IMG/VR virus record: IMGVR_UViG_3300045988_159113
DNA length: 64,000 nt
Direction: 5' to 3' (one strand)
Source: a virus
This document shows, piece after piece, positions 8,777-17,603 of the stretch (position 1 is its first letter; the number at the start of each line of letters is the position of its first letter). The notes under the pieces were generated by a model that worked only from the letters and a program-made list of their open reading frames with translations, was not told the origin of the DNA and searched no databases. A program made the translations under genes and the position numbers.

Positions 8777-8919
8777 TGTATTACATACTAGCAACGGGTA
8801 ATGACAATAAAGTCTACGAGGATCCCCACGCAGTCAATGCTATGTATAATAGAGCAGAATCTGCTACATTGTACAAAGTAAGCGATCAGGGAGATATGGA
8901 AGTTGTAAAAAGTAAATAA
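8776..8919 (+). CDS. possible small protein (47 aa, MYYILATGNDNKVYEDPHAV...)
   Basis: TGATG overlap with the upstream stop. Fills an otherwise empty gap. Below the ORF-track size cutoff. Confidence 0.4.
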   Translation: MYYILATGNDNKVYEDPHAVNAMYNRAESATLYKVSDQGDMEVVKSK

Positions 8920-8938
8920 CCACAAAAATTAAAAAACG

Positions 8939-9298
8939 ATGTTAAAAGGTTTAGAACGTATGAAGTTGAGGTGCAACGGGTTGCGCTTCACCGTAAAGGA
9001 AGAGGCCAAGATCGTGGTTTGCTCTGGTGATTTTGTATGCCGGCAGACTGGCAAGAACTACCACGTCCACGCAGTGGCAAAAACAGATGATGTTGATGCT
9101 TTTGACGAGACAGTAGGTAAGCGCCTGGCTCGTGCTCGTTGTGAGCACAAGGCATATATGCGGTTCAGAAATGATATCCGCAACATGCAGAGAGAAGCCA
9201 AGCGGCATTTGGAGATTATCACAAACACGTTGGACATGGTATGCCTACATCGGCTGCCAGTTCAAAGGGGATATATCAAGTCTTTGACCAGACGATGA
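8939..9298 (+). CDS. hypothetical protein
   Basis: 119-aa ORF. The segment HAVAKTDDVDAFDETVGKRLARARCEHKA resembles the G.A.C...D.F....GK.IA motif of 37457..37936. Confidence 0.6.
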   Translation: MLKGLERMKLRCNGLRFTVKEEAKIVVCSGDFVCRQTGKNYHVHAVAKTDDVDAFDETVGKRLARARCEHKAYMRFRNDIRNMQREAKRHLEIITNTLDMVCLHRLPVQRGYIKSLTRR

Positions 9299-9365
9299 TC
9301 TATTTTTTCGGCTTAGCGCTATTATTCTTAATGATGGCGATGGATTCAAATGATGACGACTGGGT

Positions 9366-9821
9366 ATGAATAAAGGCGAGATTTATCAGAATGGCTTCTA
9401 CCTGATGGTGGGGGCCATTCTCGGTATTATTGGGACCTGTACTTTCAACTCTGTGGCTACACAGCAAGAGGTCCTGATAAAAACCGAGGTGAAAAGGGAC
9501 ACGATCGTTGCCATGAGGCCAGAGCTTAATGAGCAGAACCTGAAAGAGAAGCTCGCAAGATTGCCGCACCATGACGTGGTGTTTAAACAGGCAAAGCTTG
9601 AGTCGAGACTTGGCAAGTCAAAAGTATATAAGAGAACAAACAACCTATTTGGCTTGAGAAAAAACGGAGCCTATCGATCTTATGATCACTGGACGGAGTG
9701 CGTGGATGATTACGAACGCCTTATCTCGTCCAGATATAAAGGCGGGTGTTATTACACCTTTCTCGAGAGAATAGGCTATGCAGAAGATCCAAATTACATT
9801 TCTAAATTAAAAATGATATGA
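9366..9821 (+). CDS. membrane-anchored peptidoglycan hydrolase, glucosaminidase (FlgJ/LytD-like) domain
   Basis: N-terminal transmembrane segment (GFYLMVGAILGIIGTCTF). C-terminus is AKLESRLGKSKVYKRTNNLFGLRK...YRSYDHW.ECVDDY..LIS.RY...LERIGYAEDPNYISKL, which matches the glucosaminidase-domain pattern from memory. Confidence 0.6.
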   Translation: MNKGEIYQNGFYLMVGAILGIIGTCTFNSVATQQEVLIKTEVKRDTIVAMRPELNEQNLKEKLARLPHHDVVFKQAKLESRLGKSKVYKRTNNLFGLRKNGAYRSYDHWTECVDDYERLISSRYKGGCYYTFLERIGYAEDPNYISKLKMI

Positions 9822-9834
9822 GTAAGTATAAGAA

Positions 9835-10650
9835 ATGTTTAGCAAAACGCTGGTGGGACAAATTGCCCGAATCAGAAAAGGCTGCTCTCACTCGTCTGGG
9901 ATCAGTCAAGCAGCGGACAATATGATAACGTACCTGTTATTATCTAAGGATAGCAAGAGTTGCTACGCTTTAGATATAACATGGGAAAATGGGAAGACTT
10001 GTTGCCGGATGAATGTCGACACCATCGCAACAGATATGACAATAAATGAGGTAAGAGCTATCAACTCAATGATACGAGAGTGCGTTGAGGGTATGCTTTG
10101 TCCTGTTTCTGTTATAGAAACCACAATATATTTTGGAGGTCATGCTTATTTCATTCAGGACGGCATCATCTATCAGGATGATAAACAGTTTGTAGGTCCT
10201 TGGTTCAAGTTAGGTGATATGCTGAATGATTGGATGGAAAAGCGACCGTTCACTATTACTCCAAACGGCAACATGTTTCAACTTGTAGTTGGTGACACTT
10301 CGGAAGTCAAGGCGGCGAATAAGGTATGCATAAACGGATCGTTTTATAAAACCATCAACTTTGACCTTGCCAAGTCTCTCCCATGTTATACTAAGTTTAT
10401 GACATTCCAGATTCCGGAAAATGACGGTCGGTTTATTCCATATTGCCACAATAAGGTTGAACTCTTGCGTGTATTGCACAACATCAATAACTACGAAGAC
10501 GTAGATATGCGAGATTACAAATTCGAGAATGGCAAATGGGAGATAACAGAACGCGTGCTTTCGCGACTGTATGAAAGAGTCATCGGTTCTTCGGAAGTGT
10601 CAAATGTTGAAGACATCAAAAAAGTCATAAGATTTTTAGATAATGTTTAA
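9835..10650 (+). CDS. hypothetical protein, distant member (B1) of the GKW / G(V/I)(F/S)PE paralog superfamily
   Basis: C-terminus FENGKWEITERVLSRLYERVIGSSEVSNVEDIKKVIRFL parallels the array proteins and 10643..11470. Confidence 0.65.
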   Translation: MFSKTLVGQIARIRKGCSHSSGISQAADNMITYLLLSKDSKSCYALDITWENGKTCCRMNVDTIATDMTINEVRAINSMIRECVEGMLCPVSVIETTIYFGGHAYFIQDGIIYQDDKQFVGPWFKLGDMLNDWMEKRPFTITPNGNMFQLVVGDTSEVKAANKVCINGSFYKTINFDLAKSLPCYTKFMTFQIPENDGRFIPYCHNKVELLRVLHNINNYEDVDMRDYKFENGKWEITERVLSRLYERVIGSSEVSNVEDIKKVIRFLDNV

Positions 10651-11470
10651 GCTGTATCTATTATCTCAGGATAATACCGAGATGTACAATGCATACGTAA
10701 CCTTCAACAATGACAGAACTGACGTTAGAATTTATAGGTGTCAGAATGTGTTAAGCTTCGCCGAAGTTTTACAACACAATATAGAAGTCAAATGTCTTGA
10801 AAGGATACTGTGCCCTATTTACTTCTATGCCAATCATTGGATTTTTGGGGGCTATAATTATGAAATTTTACATGGTAATACTTATAAAGATAGAATCACT
10901 GGACCTCCCTGTTGGATGGCTGCACAGAACATAGCGACAGAAGCTTCTAAGTTTCTCGCCTCTCTCCCGATTCGCATAACAGCACAGAAGGTAGACTGGC
11001 CAGATGAACGCACTTTCTACTGCTTGAATATGATAGGGGCAGACGGGCGTGCAATAACTAGGACGTCATTTCCTGTTAAGTTAGCGAATGGTTATCTCAC
11101 TCTGGATTTTAAAATCCCAGGAGGATACGATGACCTTATCGAACTCTTCGATCTTAAACCTATGGATGACGGGATTATTCCAGCGTGCAAAGGAAAGGAT
11201 AAGCTCCACGCTCTGCTCAAAATATTAAACTCAAGAACTGAGCAAGATATTAAATGTTACCGTAAAGTGCTGACTAAACAGTTGAAGAATGGCAAGTGGA
11301 TCATTACCTCGCCAAATCCGCGTGATCTGATCGCTAGCGATATCTATAAACTGTATAGTGAGATTGTCGGCTATCCTGTGAAGAGGGGAATATCTCCTGA
11401 AGTAAACACCAAAGAAGATTTAGATAAAATTATCACATATTTAAAAGATGCCAAAATATTATCCCGGTAA
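10643..11470 (+). CDS. hypothetical protein, member (B2) of the GKW / G(V/I)(F/S)PE paralog superfamily
   Basis: C-terminus LKNGKWIITSP...IVGYPVKRGISPEVNTKEDLDKIITYLK. Same tail as 15886..16671. Confidence 0.7.
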   Translation: MFKLYLLSQDNTEMYNAYVTFNNDRTDVRIYRCQNVLSFAEVLQHNIEVKCLERILCPIYFYANHWIFGGYNYEILHGNTYKDRITGPPCWMAAQNIATEASKFLASLPIRITAQKVDWPDERTFYCLNMIGADGRAITRTSFPVKLANGYLTLDFKIPGGYDDLIELFDLKPMDDGIIPACKGKDKLHALLKILNSRTEQDIKCYRKVLTKQLKNGKWIITSPNPRDLIASDIYKLYSEIVGYPVKRGISPEVNTKEDLDKIITYLKDAKILSR

Positions 11471-11837
11471 GTATTCGACCGACTTATCTAACCATATCAT
11501 AGACTACCTAGGGTATCAGGCGGATAAGGAACTCGAATACGCCAAACCTGAACAGTTGGAGGTTGTCAAAAAGGCAGCCGACATACTTAAAGAGATCGCA
11601 CTCCAGTGTCGAGACATCAATCCTATCGTCTTCGCTATAGCGAGGATGAAAAGGAAGGATAAAATCCTAAGGATTGACAAGGAGACAGGAGAGAAAAAAT
11701 ACATCAAAGTTTGGAAGAAGGAGATTTTCCCACCCGGAAACTCCGGACGCCTTACTCTTCTTGATAAGGGCAGGATTGCCTGGACCAAAGATGAAATCAT
11801 CCAGGAGAACAATCATGAGTATTTTTATAAGCCATAA
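11448..11837 (+). CDS. hypothetical protein, 129-aa paralog pair member 1
   Basis: Roughly two-thirds identical to 11850..12239 over the full length. Confidence 0.75.
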   Translation: MPKYYPGKYSTDLSNHIIDYLGYQADKELEYAKPEQLEVVKKAADILKEIALQCRDINPIVFAIARMKRKDKILRIDKETGEKKYIKVWKKEIFPPGNSGRLTLLDKGRIAWTKDEIIQENNHEYFYKP

Positions 11838-11849
11838 AGTCAGATAATT

Positions 11850-12239
11850 ATGTCGAAATGTTATCCAGGTAAATATTCAAGAATTTTGGCTGACCGTATC
11901 ATGGGTTATCTAAGGTTTCAGTCAGACCAAGAACTTGAATGTGCCAAACCAGAGCAAATCGAACTTATCAAATGCGTCATGAGTACTCTCAGGCAAATTG
12001 CTGATCAGTGTCGATATATTGATCCTGTTATCTTTGCTATTGCGAGGATGAAAAGGAAAGGAAAAATTCTCAGGATTAACAAAGCTACTGGAGAAAGAAG
12101 GTATATCAAAATTTTGGAAAAAGAAATCTTCCCTCCTGGTGATTCTGGGAGAATCACTCTTTCTGATAAAGGTAAAATTGCCTGGACAAAAGATGAGATT
12201 ATCCAAGAAAATAATCATGAATACCTTTACAAGCCGTGA
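11850..12239 (+). CDS. hypothetical protein, 129-aa paralog pair member 2
   Basis: Same length as and collinear with 11448..11837. Many differences are at third codon positions. Confidence 0.75.
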   Translation: MSKCYPGKYSRILADRIMGYLRFQSDQELECAKPEQIELIKCVMSTLRQIADQCRYIDPVIFAIARMKRKGKILRINKATGERRYIKILEKEIFPPGDSGRITLSDKGKIAWTKDEIIQENNHEYLYKP

Positions 12240-12451
12240 AGTATTACGCAGGAGATAGAGTCTCGCAAACTTGGTTTGAGTGGTGTGTCCGCAGTTTGAG
12301 ATTTGGGTCTTGTAAACCTGAGTCTTGCCCAAACTGCAAGACATACCATGCAGCCAATGAGAAAGTCAAAAAATTGTTAAAAAGTTATATCAAAAGACAG
12401 TATGCAGGAAATGATTGTTTTGAACGGGAAGATGTTGAAAGAGGAAGCTGA
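12236..12451 (+). CDS. hypothetical Cys-rich small protein
   Basis: 71-aa ORF with GTGA/ATGA-type coupling. Contains C..C..C-type cysteines (SCKPESCPNCK). Confidence 0.5.
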   Translation: MKYYAGDRVSQTWFEWCVRSLRFGSCKPESCPNCKTYHAANEKVKKLLKSYIKRQYAGNDCFEREDVERGS

Positions 12452-12582
12452 AGAGCTTAACAGATACACTTCTCGTTTTGGCGCGTTCTGAGCGCGTTAA
12501 ATTCTTCTGGTGAACAATTACACCAGAAAGACGAGATCTTCGCTCTACGAGCCAGCAAATGGCAAAAATCAGGTATTGAGAG

Positions 12583-12822
12583 ATGAAAAACGTATACGAG
12601 ATTAAAGGTAAGGGGTTCATCGTTGGTGATTACCCTGCCTGTAACAGTGACAAATGGCTGATGATTGACGCCACAGCTTTCAATGATACCAACATTAGGA
12701 AAACGTTGGTATACGGAGAGGTTGCCGTGTATCTTGGCAGTGTTAAAGAGGTAATCGGAAGACACAAACGGCAGATGCACGAGATAAGGCGATACACAAA
12801 GGCCATATTGAGAAGATCATAG
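12583..12822 (+). CDS. hypothetical protein
   Basis: 79-aa ORF. Ends in TAG; the next in-frame non-TAG stop is 8 codons later. Confidence 0.5.
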   Translation: MKNVYEIKGKGFIVGDYPACNSDKWLMIDATAFNDTNIRKTLVYGEVAVYLGSVKEVIGRHKRQMHEIRRYTKAILRRS

Positions 12823-12863
12823 ACTAACGAGATCATATTTTGTTAATATGAAATTCTTAGGAT

Positions 12864-13157
12864 ATGACGGACAATTACCCTATGGGTACTGCAGACGATC
12901 CCAAGGCTCCATGGAACCAGAAAGAGGAACCTTTTAAAAGTGTAGATGTGGCAGTGGTTGCTGTAATGACTAAATACTGCACACTATGGAACAGAGGCGA
13001 GAGTCTGGAAGAAAGCTATTCAAATTCCGAGTATTCGATACAGGATATGTTGGATATGCTCAAGGTCTACGTTGAAAAAGACGTGGATAATAAAAACAGA
13101 AGTGCTATCCTTTCATCTATCGATGGATGGTACACGGAAACAATAACGATAGAATAA
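12864..13157 (+). CDS. hypothetical protein
   Basis: 97-aa ORF. Confidence 0.55.
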   Translation: MTDNYPMGTADDPKAPWNQKEEPFKSVDVAVVAVMTKYCTLWNRGESLEESYSNSEYSIQDMLDMLKVYVEKDVDNKNRSAILSSIDGWYTETITIE

Positions 13158-13169
13158 AAAAAACAAGAA

Positions 13170-13484
13170 ATGGAAAGATTCAATGGAAAGCTTGTGAGAC
13201 TTTATGAAGTCCACGGAGAATTCGCAGAGCTTCTGTGTTATATGCGCGTAAAGCGTGCGTTTAATAAAGAAGACAAGTCCGATGATGTCGTCCTCGATGG
13301 AATCATTGTCTCATTCGAGCTTAACAAAAACACCGGGCGATTGGTTCTCGATACAAAGAAAGCGTCGACATGTAAAACCTTCGCTGAGTACGAAGAGCTG
13401 CAAGTGATCAGTGAGTCAGAACTTGCTGGTATAGCTCAGGCTTGCTTTGATGTTGCACTGTATAAAGCTGGTGTCATATCATGA
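13170..13484 (+). CDS. hypothetical protein
   Basis: 104-aa ORF with an A-rich leader. Confidence 0.55.
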   Translation: MERFNGKLVRLYEVHGEFAELLCYMRVKRAFNKEDKSDDVVLDGIIVSFELNKNTGRLVLDTKKASTCKTFAEYEELQVISESELAGIAQACFDVALYKAGVIS

Positions 13485-13861
13485 GCAGCTATTTTACGAT
13501 CTCTCTCAGGCCAAAAAGGTCTGAGGGGGACCTGTCGCTTGTTTCTTATTCAAGAGTGTCGGAAGTCTATGATGAACTTTACGAGGGAACCACAGACAGT
13601 CAGGGCGAATTGACTAAGGAAAAGATCGATGGGATTGTGGGCAATCTGGAGGCCAAAATATCCAGAGATAAAGACCAACTGCATAAGTATCACGAACTGG
13701 CAAAAATCAACACAGAATATGTCGAGGATTATATTTCTTTTGGCGAGTATGTCGATAATGAAATCGAGACACTCAACAAAATCAAGACAATCCAGGACAT
13801 AGTGCATGATACCTATGACGGTTATAATAGTTTCGAATCTGTTAATTGGAAAATAGAATGA
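13481..13861 (+). CDS. hypothetical protein
   Basis: 126-aa ORF with ATGA coupling. Confidence 0.55.
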   Translation: MSSYFTISLRPKRSEGDLSLVSYSRVSEVYDELYEGTTDSQGELTKEKIDGIVGNLEAKISRDKDQLHKYHELAKINTEYVEDYISFGEYVDNEIETLNKIKTIQDIVHDTYDGYNSFESVNWKIE

Positions 13862-14217
13862 AAGCAAAATATAAATATGGAGACATTGTTTCCTTTGAAC
13901 TTAATGGTGAAAAGATGCAGGGCATCGTGTACATAGTGGACCACAATGGCACGTTTGAACAAAGCACCTATCCATCTTATGACATTATGGTGAACCACAT
14001 GCTGTACAAGCACATCACGGAACCGTGTGTGTCTCTTGTTCTTGCTTCACCATTTCATAATGCCAGGTATGTGTTTGATGAGGATTTCGCTAATCGTCTC
14101 CTCTGTCTGGCTGAGAATGCTAAGGATAACTCAGTCTCAGGATTTGCTGACGAGATGATAGAAAAGGCAAAAGTCTTGATCGAGTACCAAAAACTCGCAA
14201 AGTATGGTGACCTGTAA
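13858..14217 (+). CDS. hypothetical protein
   Basis: ORF 13846..14217. The ATG at 13858 forms an ATGA overlap with the upstream stop. Confidence 0.55.
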   Translation: MKAKYKYGDIVSFELNGEKMQGIVYIVDHNGTFEQSTYPSYDIMVNHMLYKHITEPCVSLVLASPFHNARYVFDEDFANRLLCLAENAKDNSVSGFADEMIEKAKVLIEYQKLAKYGDL

Positions 14218-15064
14218 TTTTTATATCCCACTATCTGATACAAATAAATACCTCAGAATTGACTATCTCAATGCTCGTTATAGCGTAGTAGCCGGCACTA
14301 TTAATTTTGATCTTTTTAGTGCTATAAACAGGATAAATTTTACAAGTTATCAACATGACTATGGCATAGCTCCTATTATCTCCATAAACAAAAACGGAGA
14401 CGTTAAGATAGGCAACGAGATATTCAACAGTATCTGGCACAATGTGCCTGGCTCTGCCCGTCAGCTTTTTGGTTGGGAGTGGACAGATGAAAGGTTCGGT
14501 GAGTATATAGTGGAGAGAATACGTCAGCTAATTTTTATACCGGCTGGTTCTCGTGATGATTTCAGACTTTGGATTGGTGATAACAGTGGACGCGTGCGCA
14601 TTACTCATTTCATGGATAAGGTGACATTGATATCTATGGATGATGTTTATCTTTCTTGCATATGGAATCATTATCATATAGCACGGAAGGAGATATCGCG
14701 GATTATTGGCCATACATTTTCAGGCTATGTGTTTCCATTTTGTCCTTATGAAGAGACAGTCTACAAAATCATCAACTACATAAACGAGAACTATAAGTCA
14801 GGGACTACAATCTCTGCCTCTATTGATACAGTCACGATTGGCTGCAAACAGTACGAGATAAAGCAGACAAAGAAAGGTATGTATTACCTGGCGGATTTCC
14901 CTGCTGCCGAGCATCGCGTTCTTCTCAAGTCCTATATCATCGCCCTTTTTCCTGGAAAAAGATTCGTGGGAGTATTCCCAGAATTTGAGACAAAAACAGA
15001 ATTGTTAAAATTTATTAGCAGAATAAAAGATGATAGAAGATTTTCTGAAAAAAAAGATAGGTGA
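14204..15064 (+). CDS. tandem array member A1 (divergent), G(V/I)FPE-tail family
   Basis: EIKQTKKGMYYL...GKRFVGVFPEFETKTELLKFISRIKDD. Mid motif VYKIINYINENY. Confidence 0.7.
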   Translation: MVTCNFYIPLSDTNKYLRIDYLNARYSVVAGTINFDLFSAINRINFTSYQHDYGIAPIISINKNGDVKIGNEIFNSIWHNVPGSARQLFGWEWTDERFGEYIVERIRQLIFIPAGSRDDFRLWIGDNSGRVRITHFMDKVTLISMDDVYLSCIWNHYHIARKEISRIIGHTFSGYVFPFCPYEETVYKIINYINENYKSGTTISASIDTVTIGCKQYEIKQTKKGMYYLADFPAAEHRVLLKSYIIALFPGKRFVGVFPEFETKTELLKFISRIKDDRRFSEKKDR

Positions 15065-15917
15065 CATAACCGGCTTCGAGATATTCTTCAGATTTGGAGC
15101 CAGACTTTGGTTTCGATTTAATCTTATAACTGGGGAACATGAACTAGTCAATCGCGCTGATCATTGGGAAGATGCAAATGATTTTGCTATGCGATATTAC
15201 AAATATCGGTTCCTAGTAGATCCACCTATCCGCATCATTGGTGACAACAAGATACTGATGCCAAATTTCGAATACGACACAGAAAGGAAAAAGTACAAGA
15301 TAACACTGTACGATTGTGAAGAGCGAAGTTTTACAATCTATGGATTACTTGAACATCTACGTCGTCGTGTAAAGCGTCTTGTCTTTGTTCCTGTTCAATA
15401 TTGCCAGTTTATCATGAACTTTGGAAATCTTCATGTGATGGCTGAGATCACGGAAACTCCACGATGGTTTCAAATAGTGTGTGATAACGACATGATACCT
15501 AAGATGTTGGAATATTACAGGATAAGAGAAACACCGCCTAATGTTCAAATCGTGGATGGATCAATGATCATAGGCGAGACTCTAGAGGATATCCTGGAAT
15601 TTATTAATCAGGTAAACGCTAAGTGTTATAACATCGTAGATGTTGACATTCCAAATAAGGGCTTAACTTTCTCAATTGAAGACGATAACATTATCATCAA
15701 CGGAGAGAAGTTTGAGATCAGAAAAAGCAGGATGTCAAAGTTCTATGTGCGTGGATTTGATGAAAACACCAGTCATAAGATTGCGGAGTTTTTCAAGCAA
15801 CAATATCCAGACAAACGCACAACGGGAGTATTCCCGGAGTTTAAAACAAAAGAGGATTTAATAGATTTTATTTTGAAATTAAAAGATGACTCAAATATAT
15901 TTGAAAACATATCGTAG
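15030..15917 (+). CDS. tandem array member A2 (divergent)
   Basis: FEIRKSRMSKFYV...DKRTTGVFPEFKTKEDLIDFILKLKDD. Ends in TAG. Confidence 0.7.
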   Translation: MIEDFLKKKIGDITGFEIFFRFGARLWFRFNLITGEHELVNRADHWEDANDFAMRYYKYRFLVDPPIRIIGDNKILMPNFEYDTERKKYKITLYDCEERSFTIYGLLEHLRRRVKRLVFVPVQYCQFIMNFGNLHVMAEITETPRWFQIVCDNDMIPKMLEYYRIRETPPNVQIVDGSMIIGETLEDILEFINQVNAKCYNIVDVDIPNKGLTFSIEDDNIIINGEKFEIRKSRMSKFYVRGFDENTSHKIAEFFKQQYPDKRTTGVFPEFKTKEDLIDFILKLKDDSNIFENIS

Positions 15918-16671
15918 ATTACATGTCTATGATATAGAAACTGAAAAAGTCGAAATCTTCACTGGAAGGTTATCAGACGAGGTAACAATCCGAGAGGACG
16001 AAAACAGACTTGCACCAATCAGTCCCTATATTGAGAATGTTATATCTATCTTTGGTGTAAAGTGCGCCCTTGCTGTGAGTTATAGAACAAAGGACGGAAT
16101 GCGGATCAATGTACCTAGATCAAGTGCTCCGATCCGGTATCTATTCAATAAAACAGACGGCGATCCGTACATTAACACTATCGACTTTATCCGTAAGCTT
16201 CAGAGTATTTTAAAGTATTCGTCGAAGTATTACAAATTCATTGGCTCAACTTCCATGGTAGGAAATGGCCAGCAATTCTTCAATTTGGCTAACAAAGAAG
16301 ATATCAGATCAGCCAACATTAGGTACAACTATGACCAAATAAAAAATCCGTTCTGCAATTATATGCGGAAGAATTTGGTGAATGTATGGCTCGAGAGTAT
16401 ATCGGGTGCAATAGACAATCTTCATTTTAGGAATTTCATGACATGGTATATTCTGGAAGGAAATGTTCCTGAAGATCTGGAAATTGTCAAAACATGCCTC
16501 GGTATGTATTACATAAAATCACAGCGAGGAGTTGACCCATTCCAAGGCATACAAAACAAGTATGATTTTGTATCTGCAATTGTAGGATACAAAGTAAGAA
16601 AAGGCATCTCTCCAGAAGTGAGAACTGAAGAAGATGCCAAAGCAGTCATCGAACGTTTAAATTGTAGATAA
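15886..16671 (+). CDS. tandem array member A3 (divergent, GISPE variant)
   Basis: IVGYKVRKGISPEVRTEEDAKAVIERL matches the tail of 10643..11470. Confidence 0.7.
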   Translation: MTQIYLKTYRRLHVYDIETEKVEIFTGRLSDEVTIREDENRLAPISPYIENVISIFGVKCALAVSYRTKDGMRINVPRSSAPIRYLFNKTDGDPYINTIDFIRKLQSILKYSSKYYKFIGSTSMVGNGQQFFNLANKEDIRSANIRYNYDQIKNPFCNYMRKNLVNVWLESISGAIDNLHFRNFMTWYILEGNVPEDLEIVKTCLGMYYIKSQRGVDPFQGIQNKYDFVSAIVGYKVRKGISPEVRTEEDAKAVIERLNCR

Positions 16672-17603
16672 TGGGATTTTTTATAGCTTATAATAAAATT
16701 TACCTCGCAGAGAGTAACGGAAGGATTACCTCCCTCTTGAATATCGACGAGATAGATTTTCCGTGTACGTTCATAAATAACGAAGTGAATTCCTATGATG
16801 AACTCAAACAGGTATTGATAGATGAGAACACAAGCCGGTTCTTTCAATATCAGCGAACGATGGGACATAAGCCAGTTTTGGAAATTGCGACCACCAAAAA
16901 GCGTAGTAGGTTTACGATTTCGTTTTATGATCAAGTGATCTATGAGGAGTTTGAAGATGGAACTATTGCGGTTGCAAATAATCTAAGCAAGGCCGTTAGG
17001 GAAGTTTTGAATTCTTCAGATTCTATTTTCACAAAGTATCAAATACTCCTTGAGTTGTTGCCTATCAAAACGATAGGGAAATATATGTTCAGGATTGGGC
17101 GAAATGAAAATCTTAATCGTTCTATGAATGGTATGATTTACAGATACGGTGAAGCATTCTATCTTGTAGGCAGCAGGCTGACAGATTTTTTTGATGAGGC
17201 CGTTATCGCTCAGCTGCTTCTCAGAAATCAGCTCAACTATATTGACGACGGTATCTTTAAGTCCAAAATAGCCAGCGTCTACACCACAATATCTTTTATG
17301 GATTTTATCCGGGAACTCAATTCATCTATCTATCTTACCAATAGAGAAAAGATTGAATTGAACGGAGATCAAATCATATATGGAGACAATAAGCTTTCAA
17401 TTAAGCAATCCCCGACAAACAACAAGTGGTTCATCGCTGGTCCTTTTGATCTTATCCTTAACATGTTCGGAGCAGAAACTCGAGCTGAACTCGATGAATA
17501 TATCTCAAAACAGATAGGAAAGAAAAGAAGGAATGGTGTATTTCCAAATTGTGACTCAAGGGATGAAATAATAAAACTTGTAGAGTCATTACAAAATGAG
17601 TAA
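16671..17603 (+). CDS. tandem array member A4
   Basis: SIKQSPTNNKWFIAG...IGKKRRNGVFPNCDSRDEIIKLVESL. Confidence 0.75.
   Translation: MGFFIAYNKIYLAESNGRITSLLNIDEIDFPCTFINNEVNSYDELKQVLIDENTSRFFQYQRTMGHKPVLEIATTKKRSRFTISFYDQVIYEEFEDGTIAVANNLSKAVREVLNSSDSIFTKYQILLELLPIKTIGKYMFRIGRNENLNRSMNGMIYRYGEAFYLVGSRLTDFFDEAVIAQLLLRNQLNYIDDGIFKSKIASVYTTISFMDFIRELNSSIYLTNREKIELNGDQIIYGDNKLSIKQSPTNNKWFIAGPFDLILNMFGAETRAELDEYISKQIGKKRRNGVFPNCDSRDEIIKLVESLQNE

Noticed and set aside
12505-12528. Hairpin TTCTGGTG-aacaatta-CACCAGAA and nearby GCGCGTT direct repeat in the 12451-12583 gap
   Set aside because: It is a perfect 8-bp stem, but it has no U-tract, no second copy and no conserved context. That is not enough to call it a terminator or an operator.
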